Under the pieces are notes generated by a model. That model was not told where the DNA came from. It searched no databases and was given only the letters and a program-made list of their open reading frames with translations. Positions 49,030 through 61,959 of a stretch of 64,000 nucleotides of DNA are shown here, piece by piece (the first letter of the stretch is position 1; each line of letters opens with the position of its first letter). The stretch comes from Narcine bancroftii (lineage: Eukaryota). The position numbers and the translations under genes were made by a program. The stretch lies in NCBI RefSeq assembly GCF_036971445.1, contig NC_091473.1, positions 208,258,001 through 208,322,000 on the forward strand. Reading direction: 5' to 3'.

Positions 49030-52000
49030 TACTTCCCTGATTGGGGGGGGTCAGGTAAGTGGACTACTGTCAGGGGAGAGGGGAAAGTTGCTAGCTCTGT
49101 GGTGAGCACCCCGGTGGCTACTGCTCTTAGCAACAAATATAGTGTATTGGATGTAGTTGGGGAAGATAACCTGCCAGAGGTTGCACCAAGGGAACTGGTG
49201 GTGCGGAAAGGAAGGAAGGGGAACAAGGTGGTCATTGGGGACTCCATCGTCAGGGGAACAGACAAAAGATTCTGCGAACCTGACAAGTGTTCCCGTATGG
49301 TGTGTTGCCTCCCAGGAGCCAGGCTGCGAGGCGTCTCGGATAGGGTTCAGAGTATCCTGGTGGGGGGGGGAAGGTGAACGGCCAGAAGTCCTGATACACG
49401 TGGGTACAAATGACGTGGATAAGATGAAGGAGGAGAACCTGAAGAGGGACTACCGTGAGCTCGGAAGGAGGTTAAGAAGCAGAAGCTCCAGGATTGTCAT
49501 CTCGGGGCTGCTACCTGTGCTGTACATGGGTGGGGACAAAAATAATAAAATCAGGAGGTTAAATGTGTGGCTGGAGGAATGGTGCAGAGTGCAGGGATTC
49601 AGGTTCATTGACCATTGGGATCTCTTCTGGGGAAGACAAGACCTCTACAGGAGGGATGGTTTACACCTGAATGCAATGGGGGCCAAAATACTGGCAGTTA
49701 GGTTTAAAAATGTTGTCAGATTTGATTTAAACTAATTTGGCAGGGGGAAGGGAACAGGACTGATAGGGAAGCAAATAGGAGAGTGAATATAGGGATGTTT
49801 CCGTTAGACGGTGAAACAATAAGGAAAAAGGGAACTAAAAAGAATAGGAGAGTAGGGGCAAGTGCATCGAGAACAAAGGTGGAGGGAGAAAGGAGATATG
49901 GTATCAAGGTATTGTGTATGAATGCACGGAGTGTAAGGAATAAAATGGATGAGCTTGAGGCACAAATGGCAATGGGAGGTTATGATATTGTCGGAGTAAC
50001 TGAGACATGGCTGCGGGAAGGGCAGGATTGGGAAATAAATGTTCCAGGGTGCACATCCTATAGAAAAGACAGAAAGTTAGGAAGAGGAGGTGGGGTAGCT
50101 CTGTTGGTAAGAAATGAAATTCAGGCGTTTGAAAGGAAAGACATTGAAACAGGTGGGGTAGAGTCTGTTTGGATATAATTAAGAAATTGTAAAGGCATGA
50201 GGACCATAATGGGGGTCATTTACAGGCCTCCGAAAAGTAGCTTAGATATCAGTAGAAGTATAAATCAGGAATTAAGAGTGGCATGTCAAAGTGGTAGCAA
50301 TACAGTAGTTATGGGGGACTTTAACATGAAGGTGGACTGGGATAATCAGACGGGGGCAGGAGCACAAGAGACTGAGTTTATTGAATGTCTACGAGATACT
50401 TTCTTGGAGCAGCTAGTGGAGGAACCTACCAGGAGGAAGTCGATTCTGGACTTGGTGCTGTGCAGTGACGCAGAGTTAATAAGTGACCTCGATGTAGGGG
50501 AGCCATTAGGGAATAGTGACCATGGTATGGTTGCTTTTGAGCTGCAATTAGAAAGGGAAAAAGAAAGGAAGTCGGAAGCATCTATACTGCAGTTAAATAA
50601 AGGGGATTATGCAACTATGAGGGAGGAGCTAGACAAAATAAAATGGATAGATACACTAGCTGGGAGGACAACTGGGGAAAAATGGCAGGTATTTTTGGAC
50701 ATTTTTCACAGGTTTCAGGACAAATTTATTCCAAAGTGGAGGAAAGGCTCTAGGAGATGCAAATGGCAGCCGTGGCTAACTAATGAAATCAAGTGTAATA
50801 TCAAATCCAAAGGGAGTAAGTATAGGATAGCGAAGCGGAGTGGGAAGTTAGAGGATTGGGAAACCTTCAAGGAGCATCAGAGGGTAACTAAGAAAGTCAT
50901 AAGAGAGGGGAAAATTAAGTACGAGAGGAAATTAGCAAATAATATAATGGAGGATAGCAAAAGCTTTTTTAAATATGTGAAGAGGAAGAAATTGGTTCGG
51001 TCCAAAATTGGTCCATTAAGAATGGAAAAGGGTGAAATTATTACCGGAAACAAGGAGATGGCTGAGGAATTTAACAAATACTTTGCAACTGTCTTCACCA
51101 AGGAGGATATAGGTTATGGTCAGTTAGGGGGTAATGGTCATGCGGTGTCAAGAGACTTGGGGAACTTTCCTGGGGAAGTAGGGGATCTAATGGATATCCA
51201 GATCCAGAAACAGGAGGTTGTGAGTAAATTGTTGGGACTGAGGGCTGATAAATCCCCAGGGCCTGATGGGCTGCATCCCAGGGTGCTTAAAGAAGTTGCT
51301 ATGGAAATTGTGGAAGCACTGGTCGACATTTTCCAAAGTTCCATAGATTCGGGGGAGGTCCCTGAGGATTGGAGAGTGGCTGATGTGGTGCCGATTTTTA
51401 AGAAGGGGAGGGAGGGAGAAAACGGGCAATTATAGACCGGTCAGCCTGACGTCGATGGTGGGGAAGATATTGGAGTCTATCATAAAAGGAGTAATAGCAG
51501 AACACTTAGGCAGAAATAATAGTATAAGGGCTAGTCAGCATGGATTCCTTAAGGGTAAGTCATGCTTGACTAACCTTCTGGAATTTTTCGAGGATGTGAC
51601 AAAGAGGGTGGACTTGGAAGAGCCTGTGGATGTGGTGTATTTGGACTTCCAGAAGGCCTTTGATAAGGTACCGCACGGGAGACTAGTGGGCAAGATCAGG
51701 GAGCATGGTATTGGAGGTAAGGTGCTGACATGAATAGGAAATTGGTTAAGAAATAGGAAACAAAGGGTTGGGGTAAGCGGGTCTTTTTCAGGATGGCAGG
51801 ATGTGATGAGTGGAGTGCCGCAGGGATCGGTATTGGGTCCTCAGTTGTTTGTAATTTATGTAAATGATTTGGATGAGGGGATTATTAATAACTTGAGCAA
51901 ATTTGCAGATGACACGAAACTGGGTGGCGGTGTTGGGTGTGAGGAGGATGTCAGGAAAATGCAGAGGGACTTGGACAGGTTGGGGGAGTGGGCAGCTGAA

Positions 52001-52760
52001 TGGAAGATGACGTTCAATGTAAGCAAATGTTATCCATTTTGGGGGCAATAATAGGAAAGCTGAGTATTATTTAAATGGAGACAAGCTTGGGAGTGGGGAG
52101 GAGCAAATGGATCTGGGAGTACTTGTTCACCGGTCACTGAAGACTAGCATGCAGGTTCAGAAAGCTGTGAAGAAGGCAAATGGCATGTTGGCTTTCATAA
52201 AGAGGGGATTGGAGTATAGGAACAGAGACGCCCTTCTGCAGTTGTACAGGGCCCTGGTGAGACCCCACCTGGAGTATTGCGTCCAGTTCTGGTCTCCAAT
52301 TTTGAGGAAGGACATACTAGCTATTGAGGGTGTGCAGCGCAGATTCCAGGGATGGCGGGGTTGACATATGCTGAAAGGCTAGAAGAACTGGACTTGTATC
52401 CGATGGAGTTTAGAAGGATGAGGGGGGACATGATTGAGGTATACAAAATTATCAGGGGGATAGACAGGATGAAGTCGGATTACTTGTTCCCAATGATGGG
52501 GGAGACGAGGACTAGAGGGCATAGTTTAAGAATACAGGGTAGGCCCTTTAGGACGGAGATGAGAAAACATTTTTTTACCCAGAGAAGTGTGAATATGTTC
52601 AAAAGAAAGTTAGATAAGACTCTAGTGGGCAAAGGAGTTAAGGGTTATGGGGATAAGGCTGGAAAGGGGTACTGATGGTAGTGATTAGCCATGATCTGTA
52701 AAATGGCGGTGCTGGCTCGACAGGCCGAAGGGCCTACTCCAGCTCCTATTATCTATTGTC
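49030..52760 (+). mobile_element. Relatively young near-complete CR1 LINE (ORF1 esterase + ORF2 EN/RT, few disablements)
   Basis: VVIGDSIVRG...IHVGTND (SGNH); MNARS, VTETWL, YRPP, GDFN, SDH; NYRPVSLTS, LDFQKAFDKV, GVPQGSVLGP, FADD; CR1 3' tail. Confidence 0.93.
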
Positions 52761-53086
52761 TGTCCTCCAATTGGGAAGGGGAGGGGCAGTTTCATTCCAT
52801 CCCAATCAAGTAAAATCAAGAAAAATGTAAAAGCCTAGGTGCTGGCTGTCAGGCTGTGACAAATCCCTGATGTGTTCCCATCCTTTGTTGTAGGTGTCTT
52901 GAATGTTGTATGCAATTATGGTCTGTTGAGTGTGGGGAGGGAGGAAGGTGGGTAGGGGGAAAATGACTCTGACTCAACAGCGAATTCTGTCTATAATGGA
53001 TAACTGTAGTTTGTGATTTATTACTGGAAATTGTTTAAGTTGGAGTTTGAAAATCTATAAATAAAATATTCAAAAAAATATATATT

Positions 53087-54575
53087 TATTTTGCGTCGGT
53101 CTTCATTGAGAAAGACAATAGTAACATACCTGACAGTCAGAAGTCAGGGTTACTAGAGAGATAGGGCTTAATAAGCTGAATAGACTGAAGATAGATAAGT
53201 CTCCCAGACCAGATGAAGTGCATCCATGGGTTCTGAAGGAGGTGGCTTTGGAGATTGTGGAGGCATTGGAATTGATTTTACAGAAATCTGGCATAGTTCT
53301 GGAGGATTGGAAAGTGGCAAATATAGTTCCGCTGTTTGAGTGAAACAGAAAAAAGGAAATTATAGGCCTTTTAGTCTGATGTCGGTAGTTGAAAAGTTAT
53401 TGGTCAGAAAGTTATGAAATACTTCGAGGTGCATGACATGATAGATCCAAGCCAGCACGGTTTCATGAAGGGAAGATTCTGCCTGACCAACATATTAGGT
53501 TTTTTTTGAGGAAATCTCAAGTAGGATGGACAAGGTAGAGGCTGTGGATGTTGTGTATTTGGATTTTCAAAAGGCTTTCGATAAGGTGCCGCATAAGATG
53601 CTGTTTAATAAGATGAGAGCCCATGGAATTAAAGGAAAGATATTAGATTGGGTGGAACATTGGGTGATAGGCAGAAAGCAAAGGGTGGGAATAAAGGAAT
53701 CCTATTCTGGTTGGTTGCCAGTTACTAGTGGTGTTCCGCAGGAGTGGGTGTATTTACAATGTATATCGATGATTTAGATTATGGAGTGAATGGTTTTATG
53801 GCCAAGTTTGCAGATGACACGAAGATAGGTGGTGGAGTAGGAAGTGTTGAAGAAACCAAAAGGTTGCAGAGAAACCTGGACAACTTAGGAGAGAGGGCAA
53901 AGAAATGGCAGATGAGATCCAATGTGGAGAAATGTAAGGTTGTACATTTTGGAAGAGAAAATAAACAGGCAGTTTATTATTTGGATGAGGAGAACATTCA
54001 AAATTCAAAAGTGCAAAGGAACTTGTAGATGGATCAGCAGTAAAGAAAGTGAATGCTATGTTGGCATTCATTTCAGGAGGAATAGTGTATTAGGAGTAAA
54101 GACGTGTTAATGAGGCTCTATTGGGGCACTGGTGAAACCTCATTTGGAGTACTGTGTGCAGAGGAATGCTTAGCGGCTCTTGGACTTTATTCATTGGAGT
54201 AATAGAAGAATGAGAGGGGATCTCAAAGAAGCATTTCGAATTGCACAGAGTAGATGTGAATGTTTCCCTTGGTGGGTGAATCCAGGACAAGAGAGCACAG
54301 TCTTAGAATTAATAAGAACTCATTTAAAACAGAGATGAGGAGAAATTTCTTTAGCTTGAGGGTTGTGGAATTCGTTGCCACATACAGCTGTGGAGGCCCA
54401 ATAAATGGGGGGAGGGGTTGGTTTAAGGAGGAGATTGATAGATATCTAATTAGTCAGGTTATCAAGGGATATGGGGGAAAGATCAGAATTTGGATCAAAA
54501 CGTGAGAGTGCTTTAGCTCAGGGTGGATTTGCAGAGCAGACTTGATGGGCAGAATGGCGTACTTATCTTGTGAAC
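53087..54575 (+). mobile_element. Outer CR1, piece 3 (RT and 3' end)
   Basis: Resumes at YFASVF where piece 2 stopped; LDFQKAFDKVPH, KFADDTK; CR1 3' end. Confidence 0.85.
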
Positions 54576-55155
54576 TTGGATAAGGTGAACAGCCAGCATT
54601 TTTTTCCTGGGGCAGCAACAGCCAATACATCTGTTTAAGGTGAGGGAAAGAAAGTTTAGGGGGGATGTCAGAGGTACATTTTTTTACTCGGGGAATGGTG
54701 GGTGCTTGGAATGCATTGCTTGGGTGGTGGTGGAGGCTGATACAATAGGGACATTCAAAAGACCATGAGATAGGCACATGGATGAAAGAAAAATAGAGGG
54801 ATCTGGGTGTGAGGGAGGATAAAATTAGATTGTCATGGAGTAGGTTACACAGGTTGGCACAACATCACGGGCTGAAGAGCCTGTATTGCGCTATAATATT
54901 CTACATTCTTTAAGAATTCTCTACTAAGTTGTAGATTAATTCAAGAATGATGTATAAAAATTTATAATTTTTTTTAACAATACAGCACGATAGAAGGCCC
55001 TTCCAGCCCATGAAACCCGTGGCACCCAATTAACCCACTAACCCCATACATTTTTCGGTGGGTGGAAACCCATGCAGGCTACGAGGAGAATGCATTAACT
55101 TCTTTTAGATGATGCCAATTGAACCCAGGGCGCTGGTGCTGCAATAATGTTGCCC
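54575..55155. mobile_element. CR1 3' fragment (+) followed by V-SINE fragment (-)
   Basis: 'gggtgcttggaatgcattg...ggcacaacatcacgggctgaagagcctgta'; SINE core ~54975-55155. Confidence 0.65.
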
Positions 55156-55417
55156 TAATCTCTACATTCACAGAGCCACCAATCTACACACAGAAGGCAT
55201 TGAGTCTTGGGAGACCATGACTGTCGAGCTTGATAGAGTGGTGTTATCTCCTCGACTGGTCTTTCAGAAAGAGTCCCTTGACTCAGGGAATGGTTATGTG
55301 GAGAATTGAACAGCATGTTACAGAGTTGAGGTGAACAGCACCCACACAATAACAGAGGGGCTGAAGGGAAGAGAAGGCAACACATGCGGAGAGATAATTA
55401 CTTTTTCCTGCCCACAG

Positions 55418-55504
55418 GCCACAGCTCAGTTGAAGGAGGCATTCAAGGATCCATCGGTGGTCCCTGCTCTCTGCTCCATTCTCACAAGTGCACCAAACCC
55501 TCAG
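55418..55504 (+). CDS. IPO4: Importin-4 exon 2
   Basis: cccacag|ATAQLKEAFKDPSVVPALCSILTSAPNPQ|gtaaag. Confidence 0.93.
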
Positions 55505-56454
55505 GTAAAGAGCTCCTAGCTTCCTTTGGAGAGTTTATATGGACTAGCTGCCTCTGGTGGCAGGAGAGTCATGGGGCAGTTTCAAGGGGATTGGGAAGTT
55601 TCCCAGAAGGGGCAAACCAGACCAGTTTTCAGCACACATATTTGTCTGAAAGGTCTTGTGAACGAGTTGTGGAAGCAGATTGGTGTTGAGGTGATTTGGA
55701 AGGAAGCAAAACACTGCAGGACTGTGAGAAAGGGGCAGGGAGTACTGGGGTTAAATGGCTTACCATCTCTTCTTTCCCCCCCCCATCCCTTCCTATCCCC
55801 ATCTCCCCTTCTCCTCTCACTGATCTTGCCCACCACCTTTCCACTCTCTCCTGCTTCCCTACCCCTTTCACCATTTCCTTTCTCCCCACTCTTTCTCCTC
55901 CCCTCACTCCTTTTCCTCTCACCTTTTCCCACCTCCCACTACATTTTCCTTCACTCCTGTCTCTGAATCTGCCTCCAACATACCCCTCTCCCTCCACTCC
56001 TCTCTCTTCCCCCTCCCATCCCTCCTTCCTCCACCCTTCTCTCTGTGCCTGCCTCCATCACCCTTTCCTTTTCCAGTGCATCTATGGGCTGGAACAAGTG
56101 ACAGTGGTGGAGCTGGTTTGATCGGGTAGTAGAACTGCACAGCCTGTCCCACTCACTGGCTCGACATTCATCTGATGCAGAGCAATCATCTGCCGGCCCT
56201 TCTGTGGAAGTTGCTTTCGTTCTGGGTGCTTTTCAATCAACTCAGCTCATTCTGCTAGAGATGCCCTCTTCTCTGCCCCCCCCCCCCACCCCTCTCGGTG
56301 TGGCTGCATCCACCATCCCTCTCTCCACCCCCAACACAGAGCAATCATCCACTGGCCTTCCTGCGGACGCTCCTTTCTTTACTCTAGGTGCTTTTCACTC
56401 GTCTCTCTGCTCTATCTGTCAGAGGCTCACCCTCTTTTCCCCCACCTACTTTAG

Positions 56455-56534
56455 ATCCGCCAATTTGCAGCTGTGCTCGTGAGGAGAAGAGTCGCTAAAC
56501 ACTGGAAGAAACTATCGGTCGACCTTAGAGAGAA
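56455..56534 (+). CDS. IPO4: Importin-4 exon 3
   Basis: tttag|IRQFAAVLVRRRVAKHWKKLSVDLRE(N)|gtatgt; importin-beta N-terminal motif. Confidence 0.95.
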
Positions 56535-56949
56535 GTATGTCAAAGAAGAAGTGCCTGTTGCTGAACAAAATGCATGGTTTAAGCCTGGAGTTTAATGAAG
56601 GGTTCCAAAACTTGGAGGAAGGGATGAGTGTGGAGTTGGGCAGTGATCTTCTGCCCCTCAGGCCCAAAATACAATGCAGCCTGAGACAGAGCGCGCAGAG
56701 GGTAGCTGGGTGAGCCTGTGGGTCAGTTGTTGACCTTTCACTTCAAGGAAATATCCAGGATGAAGGGCAGCATGTGTGAACTGGTTTATAGAGGGGCAGC
56801 TGGAGAAGAAATGGGTGCAGCAACAACTTGTTCCCTGACCTTTCACCCTGTGGGATATGGAATATGGAATCAAGACTCCAAATGGTTGAGAAGGAGACCC
56901 AGCCAAGCAGTGAGGTCTCCATAACATTTGTCGGTTCCACTGTGGACTT

Positions 56950-57170
56950 ATAAAAAAATTTAAATTTAGACATACAGCACGGTTACAGGCCCTTTCGGCC
57001 CATGAGTCTGTGCCACCCTATTGCACCCAATTGACATACACCCCCGGAGGAAGGAAACTGGAGCACTCGGAGGAAACCCATGCAGACACAGGGAGAACAT
57101 ACAAACCCCTTACAGACAGCTTGGGATTTGAACTCCAGTCATGGTCTCTGGTGCTATAACAGCATTGCGG
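56950..57170 (-). mobile_element. V-SINE (HE1-like)
   Basis: V-domain core and CR1-derived tail in reverse orientation. Confidence 0.7.
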
Positions 57171-57369
57171 TGAGTCTGTCTGGAAGGGGAAGTTTGGATT
57201 GGGTGTTGCTGTGTTACATTAATCAGTGGAGACTGGGTTCCCACAAAATTAAAATAGTGTGAGATTGTCAGAGGCCAGTTTTCATTCACCCAGGTATTAA
57301 CTATAAGATGCCCTTCTGTTGCCAAAGAGGAGCTCTTTGTGGGAAAAGCAGGCTTGTGTCTGTAAGCTC

Positions 57370-57770
57370 TGGGAGCATGTGATGGGACAGTGAGGAGGGG
57401 ACCTCATTCTATCAAACCCACATTTTCCCTACCCTGGAGAGAGTGATGGGATGGTGCAGAGAGATATACACTCTGTATCTAAGCCATTCTGTCCCTTGCT
57501 ATGAGTGTGTGATGGAATAGTGTGGACGGAGTTTTAGTCTGTGTCTAATCTAGGAGTGTGTGATGGGATATTGTAGCAGGAGCTTCACTGTGTTGGCACA
57601 ATGTAGAGGGATCTTTGGTGTGGTGCATGAGGGATGTGTGTGTGTGACGGGACAGTGGAGAGAGACTTTTATTCCTTTGACCATGAGAGCGTGTAATGTG
57701 AAGATGTGGAGGGGCTATCACTGCCCAGGAAATGTGTGATGGAACAATATAGGGAGATATACCTTGTGTC
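57370..57770. repeat. Degenerate ~55-bp minisatellite (gtgtgatgggacagtgtagagggag...ctctgtatctaa)
   Basis: About 7 diverged copies of the gtgtgatggga core. Confidence 0.65.
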
Positions 57771-57945
57771 TTGCCCTTGCCTGCGATTGTATGACTGTGG
57801 GAGTGCGGAGGGTACAGTTTGTGTTCACTGTGCTCAACTTGGATTGTTCTGCCCTGGATGTATTTAATGGGATGCTGTACTTTGCCAGTTGTTGACTCCT
57901 AGTTGTATGTTCTAACATGTTATCTCTGAATTTTTCTCCTTCCAG

Positions 57946-57987
57946 TTTAAAGCCTGTGGTTTTGCAGTCTCTCCAACAGGAACATGA
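57946..57987 (+). CDS. IPO4: Importin-4 exon 4
   Basis: ccttccag|LKPVVLQSLQQEH(E)|gtaagt; 42 nt, phases fit. Confidence 0.92.
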   Translation, partial: FKACGFAVSPTGT

Positions 57988-58284
57988 GTAAGTGATCAAA
58001 AAGTCCTTCTATTTGGTCCATGGGAGAAGTATTGGGAAGGTGTGGAGAGGTGGAAAAGGGGCACTGATTTGGAAAGAGACATCCTAGTGCTGTAGCCCAG
58101 GATGTAGTGAATGACAGCACTTCTAGCTTAGGTTTATCAGTCACAAAATCCCCAGTACAGTGAAAAGGGTTCTTATCTCTAACATTCATAAAGAGCACAA
58201 TTTACAGAGTGCAGGATTGCAATGAAAAAGATCAATTAGTACCAAGCAATACAGAAGAAAGCCCAAAAAATAGGGCTTCATAAT

Positions 58285-59070
58285 TCAAATCAAAGATAGG
58301 AAGTAGATTTGAATAAACAAATGGATTAATGAGATTGGTTTGGGATATGTCGAGAAAATATGAAAAGTACAATAAATGTGAGATATAGAATGGTGCAAAA
58401 TAATTTAATTCAGCTGTTATATTTAACACCATGTATATTTTCAAAAATCGAATCAGACTCTTTTGGATTTTATGTTTCAGATGCAGACAGGAATTTGGTA
58501 CACTTCTCCATTCTTTTTAGCAGTGTCCTAAAGTTAAATATTTTTTGGTTAGAAATAGGTAACTTATTGGAACAAATAATTGGGATTAAATTCCCACAGG
58601 ATCCAATGTTATTTTTGGGTGATATCAAGAATATTGAACCCAAGTTGAAATTGACTATGTATCAAGTTGGTTCAAGTTGCTTTAGCAATAGCAAGAAAAT
58701 GTATTGCCATAAGTTAGAAGTTTGATCCAGATTTATGAATAGAAAGATGGCCTGCAGAAGTTCAGAGTTGTAAACCACTTGAGAAAATTACTTATAAATT
58801 AAGAGGCAAATCTATATTTTGGAAGATACAAAATATGGGTGTTATATTTCAATGAAGCTCTGACATTCCCTTCTCCTTAAGGTCTCAGTATATTATAAGA
58901 GATTTTAAAGTAATAGGGCACCCCTGTTGAGGGTCTCTAGTCCCATTCTTTTTTTTCTTTATGGGGGGAGTCCATATTTTTCTTTTACATACCGCATGTA
59001 TTTGTATTGTTCTGAAATATCTTTAATTATATGTTTTATTGTGTGGTTTTAAACTAATAAGTAAAGTTTT
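58285..59070 (+). mobile_element. L1-clade 3' fragment
   Basis: INVRYRMVQ.N.I.QLYLTP, CFRC, EKITYKLRG remnants. Confidence 0.7.
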
Positions 59071-59109
59071 TTTTAAATTAGCACCAAGCAAGGGCAGCAA
59101 AAGAGCACT

Positions 59110-60080
59110 GTTATGGGGTTCATTCAGGAGCCGGATGGCTGTGGGAAAGAAACTGTCTTTAAGCCAGATGGTGCACTCTTGAGTCTTCTCCCTAATGGGA
59201 GGAGGGAGAAGAGAGTTTGTCTGTGTGTGCTTTTCCGAGGCAGCTGGCGGTGACTACGGATGGGAGGGAGGTTTGTTCAACCTTCTTCTGATCTTGGGAC
59301 TGAGCAGCTCTGATGTTGTAGTGTGATACATCCAGCAAGTCTGCTTTTGATAGTGTATCTGTGGAAGTTATTGAGGGAAGAGCTAGCATGCTGAATTTCC
59401 TTGGCCTTCCAAGAAAGCAGAGGCATTGGTGCGCTTTTTTGCCCATCATGCCAATGTGCATGACCCAGGGCAGGTCATGGGAGATATTAGTTCCTAAGAA
59501 CTTGAAGCTCTTTACTCTTTCAACTTCAGCAGTGCACTCTCTACCTCCTCTCCTGAAGTCACTGATCATCTTCATCTAATTGAAGTTGAGAGAGAGGTTG
59601 TCATCTTGGCACCATGCCACTCGACCTCTGTCTCTTTCCTGCATTCTATCTCATCGGTATTTGATACCTGGCCCTCCACTGTGATGTTGTTGGTGAATTT
59701 GACGACAGAGTTCGAATGTGGGTGCAGAAGGAATAGAGTCGGGGACTGAGTACACTTAATGGGGCGGCACAGTTAGCAAAATGCTATTACAGTGCTCGTG
59801 ACCTCCACTGTCTGTCCTAGTTCTCCCCTTGATTGCGTGGGTTTCCTCTGGGTGCTCTAGTTTCCTCCCATATTCCAAAGACGTATGGGATTAATAGGTT
59901 AATTGATCACGTGTGAAATTGGGCAACAGAGGCTCGTGGGCCAGAAGGCCCTGTTGCCATGCTGTATATCTAAATATATAATGTTAAAACATCCTTGAGG
60001 AGTGTTGGTGTTGAGTGTGATCGTAGAAATGTTGTTATCCATCTTCACTGATTGCCGTCTGAAAGACAGGAAGTCAAAGA
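59110..60080 (-). mobile_element. Rex1 fragment with inserted V-SINE (+, ~59760-59975)
   Basis: VERVKSFKFLGTNISHDLPW, ITLNT.TPQGC. Confidence 0.7.
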
Positions 60081-61651
60081 GCAAGTTGCCAAGGATTTTC
60101 TAATGTTGGCATCATCCACATGGCCAGTAATGGATTTATGTGGTGGTTATTTTGAGGCATTACCTGAAGGCAACTTAATAAGTTATCTGCAGCTCTGTGA
60201 CTGTATCTAAGAAATGGAAAAAATGCTTTTGGCATTGAAATATGGAAGTGAATGGGAAAGAAGAAGCGAGGCCTTCAAATGAGAGAACATCTGGATAACA
60301 GTGATCTTAAATCTACCCATGTTGGAGTAGTCAGCTGGAGAAAGGCCAGTTTTAATGGGTACAGCACCATGATGAGATGTGGAGGGAAATCAAGAGCTTC
60401 CTGTATTACCTGAACAAGAGGGCATAAACAGTAATCAGACAGCAGATGGTAAATGCCAGGTTGTCAGCACAAGTGGACCCAAGTGTATTTGAATTCCGAG
60501 AGAATGTGAATAAGTATCCATGCCTCCCACTGATGGGAAAACAAAGAGCTGCTAGATGGAGTCCACGGGTTGGGCAGCATCAATGAAGAGAAATGGTCAG
60601 TCAATGTTTCGGGTCGGGCCCCTTTATTGACTGTAGCTGAAAGGGTGGCATGATAGATAATACTTAAAAAGAGGGGGAAAGAAGCTGGGGGAGGGGCACA
60701 GAGATTGGGCAGAGGGTGGGAAGGACTGGTAGAGGGAGAGACCAATGAGAAGGGAGGAGAGAGAAAACTAGAAGTAAGCACAGGGTAGGTAAAGAAGAGA
60801 TGGAACTGGAATTGGATGGAGGCAGGAGTTCCTAAATTTGGGAAAACCATGGTCCATGTCTTTGGGTTTCAGGTTGTCAGGAGCATAGTGCGGTGTTGTT
60901 CCTTGAGTTTACATTTGCCCTCACCCTGGTGACAGATGAGGTCGAGGACAGACATGAGTGGGAGGGAATGTTTGGGGAGGGAGGAGGAGGAGTTGAAGAA
61001 ATTGGCCACAGAAGTTCATGCTTAGACCCACAAATAAAATGAACACCTGCACTCCTGTACCTCCATTTCTCAGTGGTCTCTCCCTTCACCTATCTCTCCA
61101 CCTCTACCTGCCGTGCCCGCAGGAAAAAGGAATCTCAGGGTTGTACGTGATGTTATGTTTATACTCTGACAATAAATCTGAAACATTTGCCAGCTTCACC
61201 TCTCTTCCCAGATACATGTGGGATCACCCATTTTGTACAGCAGAAGGTCGATAAAGGGTCCTGTCCTGAGATGTTGACTCACTGTTTCTATCCACAGTTG
61301 CTTCCTGACCTGCTGAGACTGCCCAGACTTTCACTGTTCACTTGAAGGTTCCAATGTCTACAGTATTTGTATTGGTGTTTTCACTTCCTCTGGACGTTGG
61401 TTTTTGCTTGCTCCTCCCACATCCAGCACCAGGTCTGGTTGGAAGTAGCTCAAGGGCAACAATCAGAGAATCCCTTCTCCCAGCATCCAGTTTCAATGAA
61501 CCTTATTGGAAGTAGCTCTGGAGTGGTGGCCTAATGACTTGCATCATCCAGTACCAATGAGTTTGGTTGGAAGTAGTTCTGAGGCAGTGGCTTACTGAAA
61601 GTTTCTATATCTGAATCCCTTCTCGCTTTCCTTTGGTTCACCCTCTTCCAG

Positions 61652-61781
61652 GCACAAGGTTCGGCACTCGGTCGCCCAGTTGGCTGCAATCATTGTCAAG
61701 CACGAGACCCCAGAGAAATGGTCCCAATTACTTCAGTTTATAACCCAGTGGACGAAGAGCAGCATTCCGGAGGAGAGGCAG
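61652..61781 (+). CDS. IPO4: Importin-4 exon 5
   Basis: ttccag|HKVRHSVAQLAAIIVKHETPEKWSQLLQFITQWTKSSIPEERQ|gtgcgt. Confidence 0.94.
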
Positions 61782-61959
61782 GTGCGTGAGTAGGAGGGGC
61801 ATAGCGTTCATCAGTTCAGAACAGAGTTGGCTGTGAAAGCATGGCTCATCGCAACCCTGCAGGCCCCCTACCTTAGGAGTAAGAAGGAAATCATTGCGAT
61901 AGTGCCAGAATGTGCGCATCTGGTGGATTATTGATCTATGGGGGTCAGTAGCATGGTGC

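Larger units (their letters stand above)
40733..53086 (+). mobile_element. 5'-truncated L1-clade fragment (ORF2 C-terminus and 3'UTR), split by provirus B and a young CR1
   Basis: L1 C-terminal remnants at 40733-41701 (GTF.HATW.C; EKI.YNLRG), resumes QPYLNFIG at 48926; 3'UTR with aataaa and A-tail at ~53060-53080. Confidence 0.7.
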
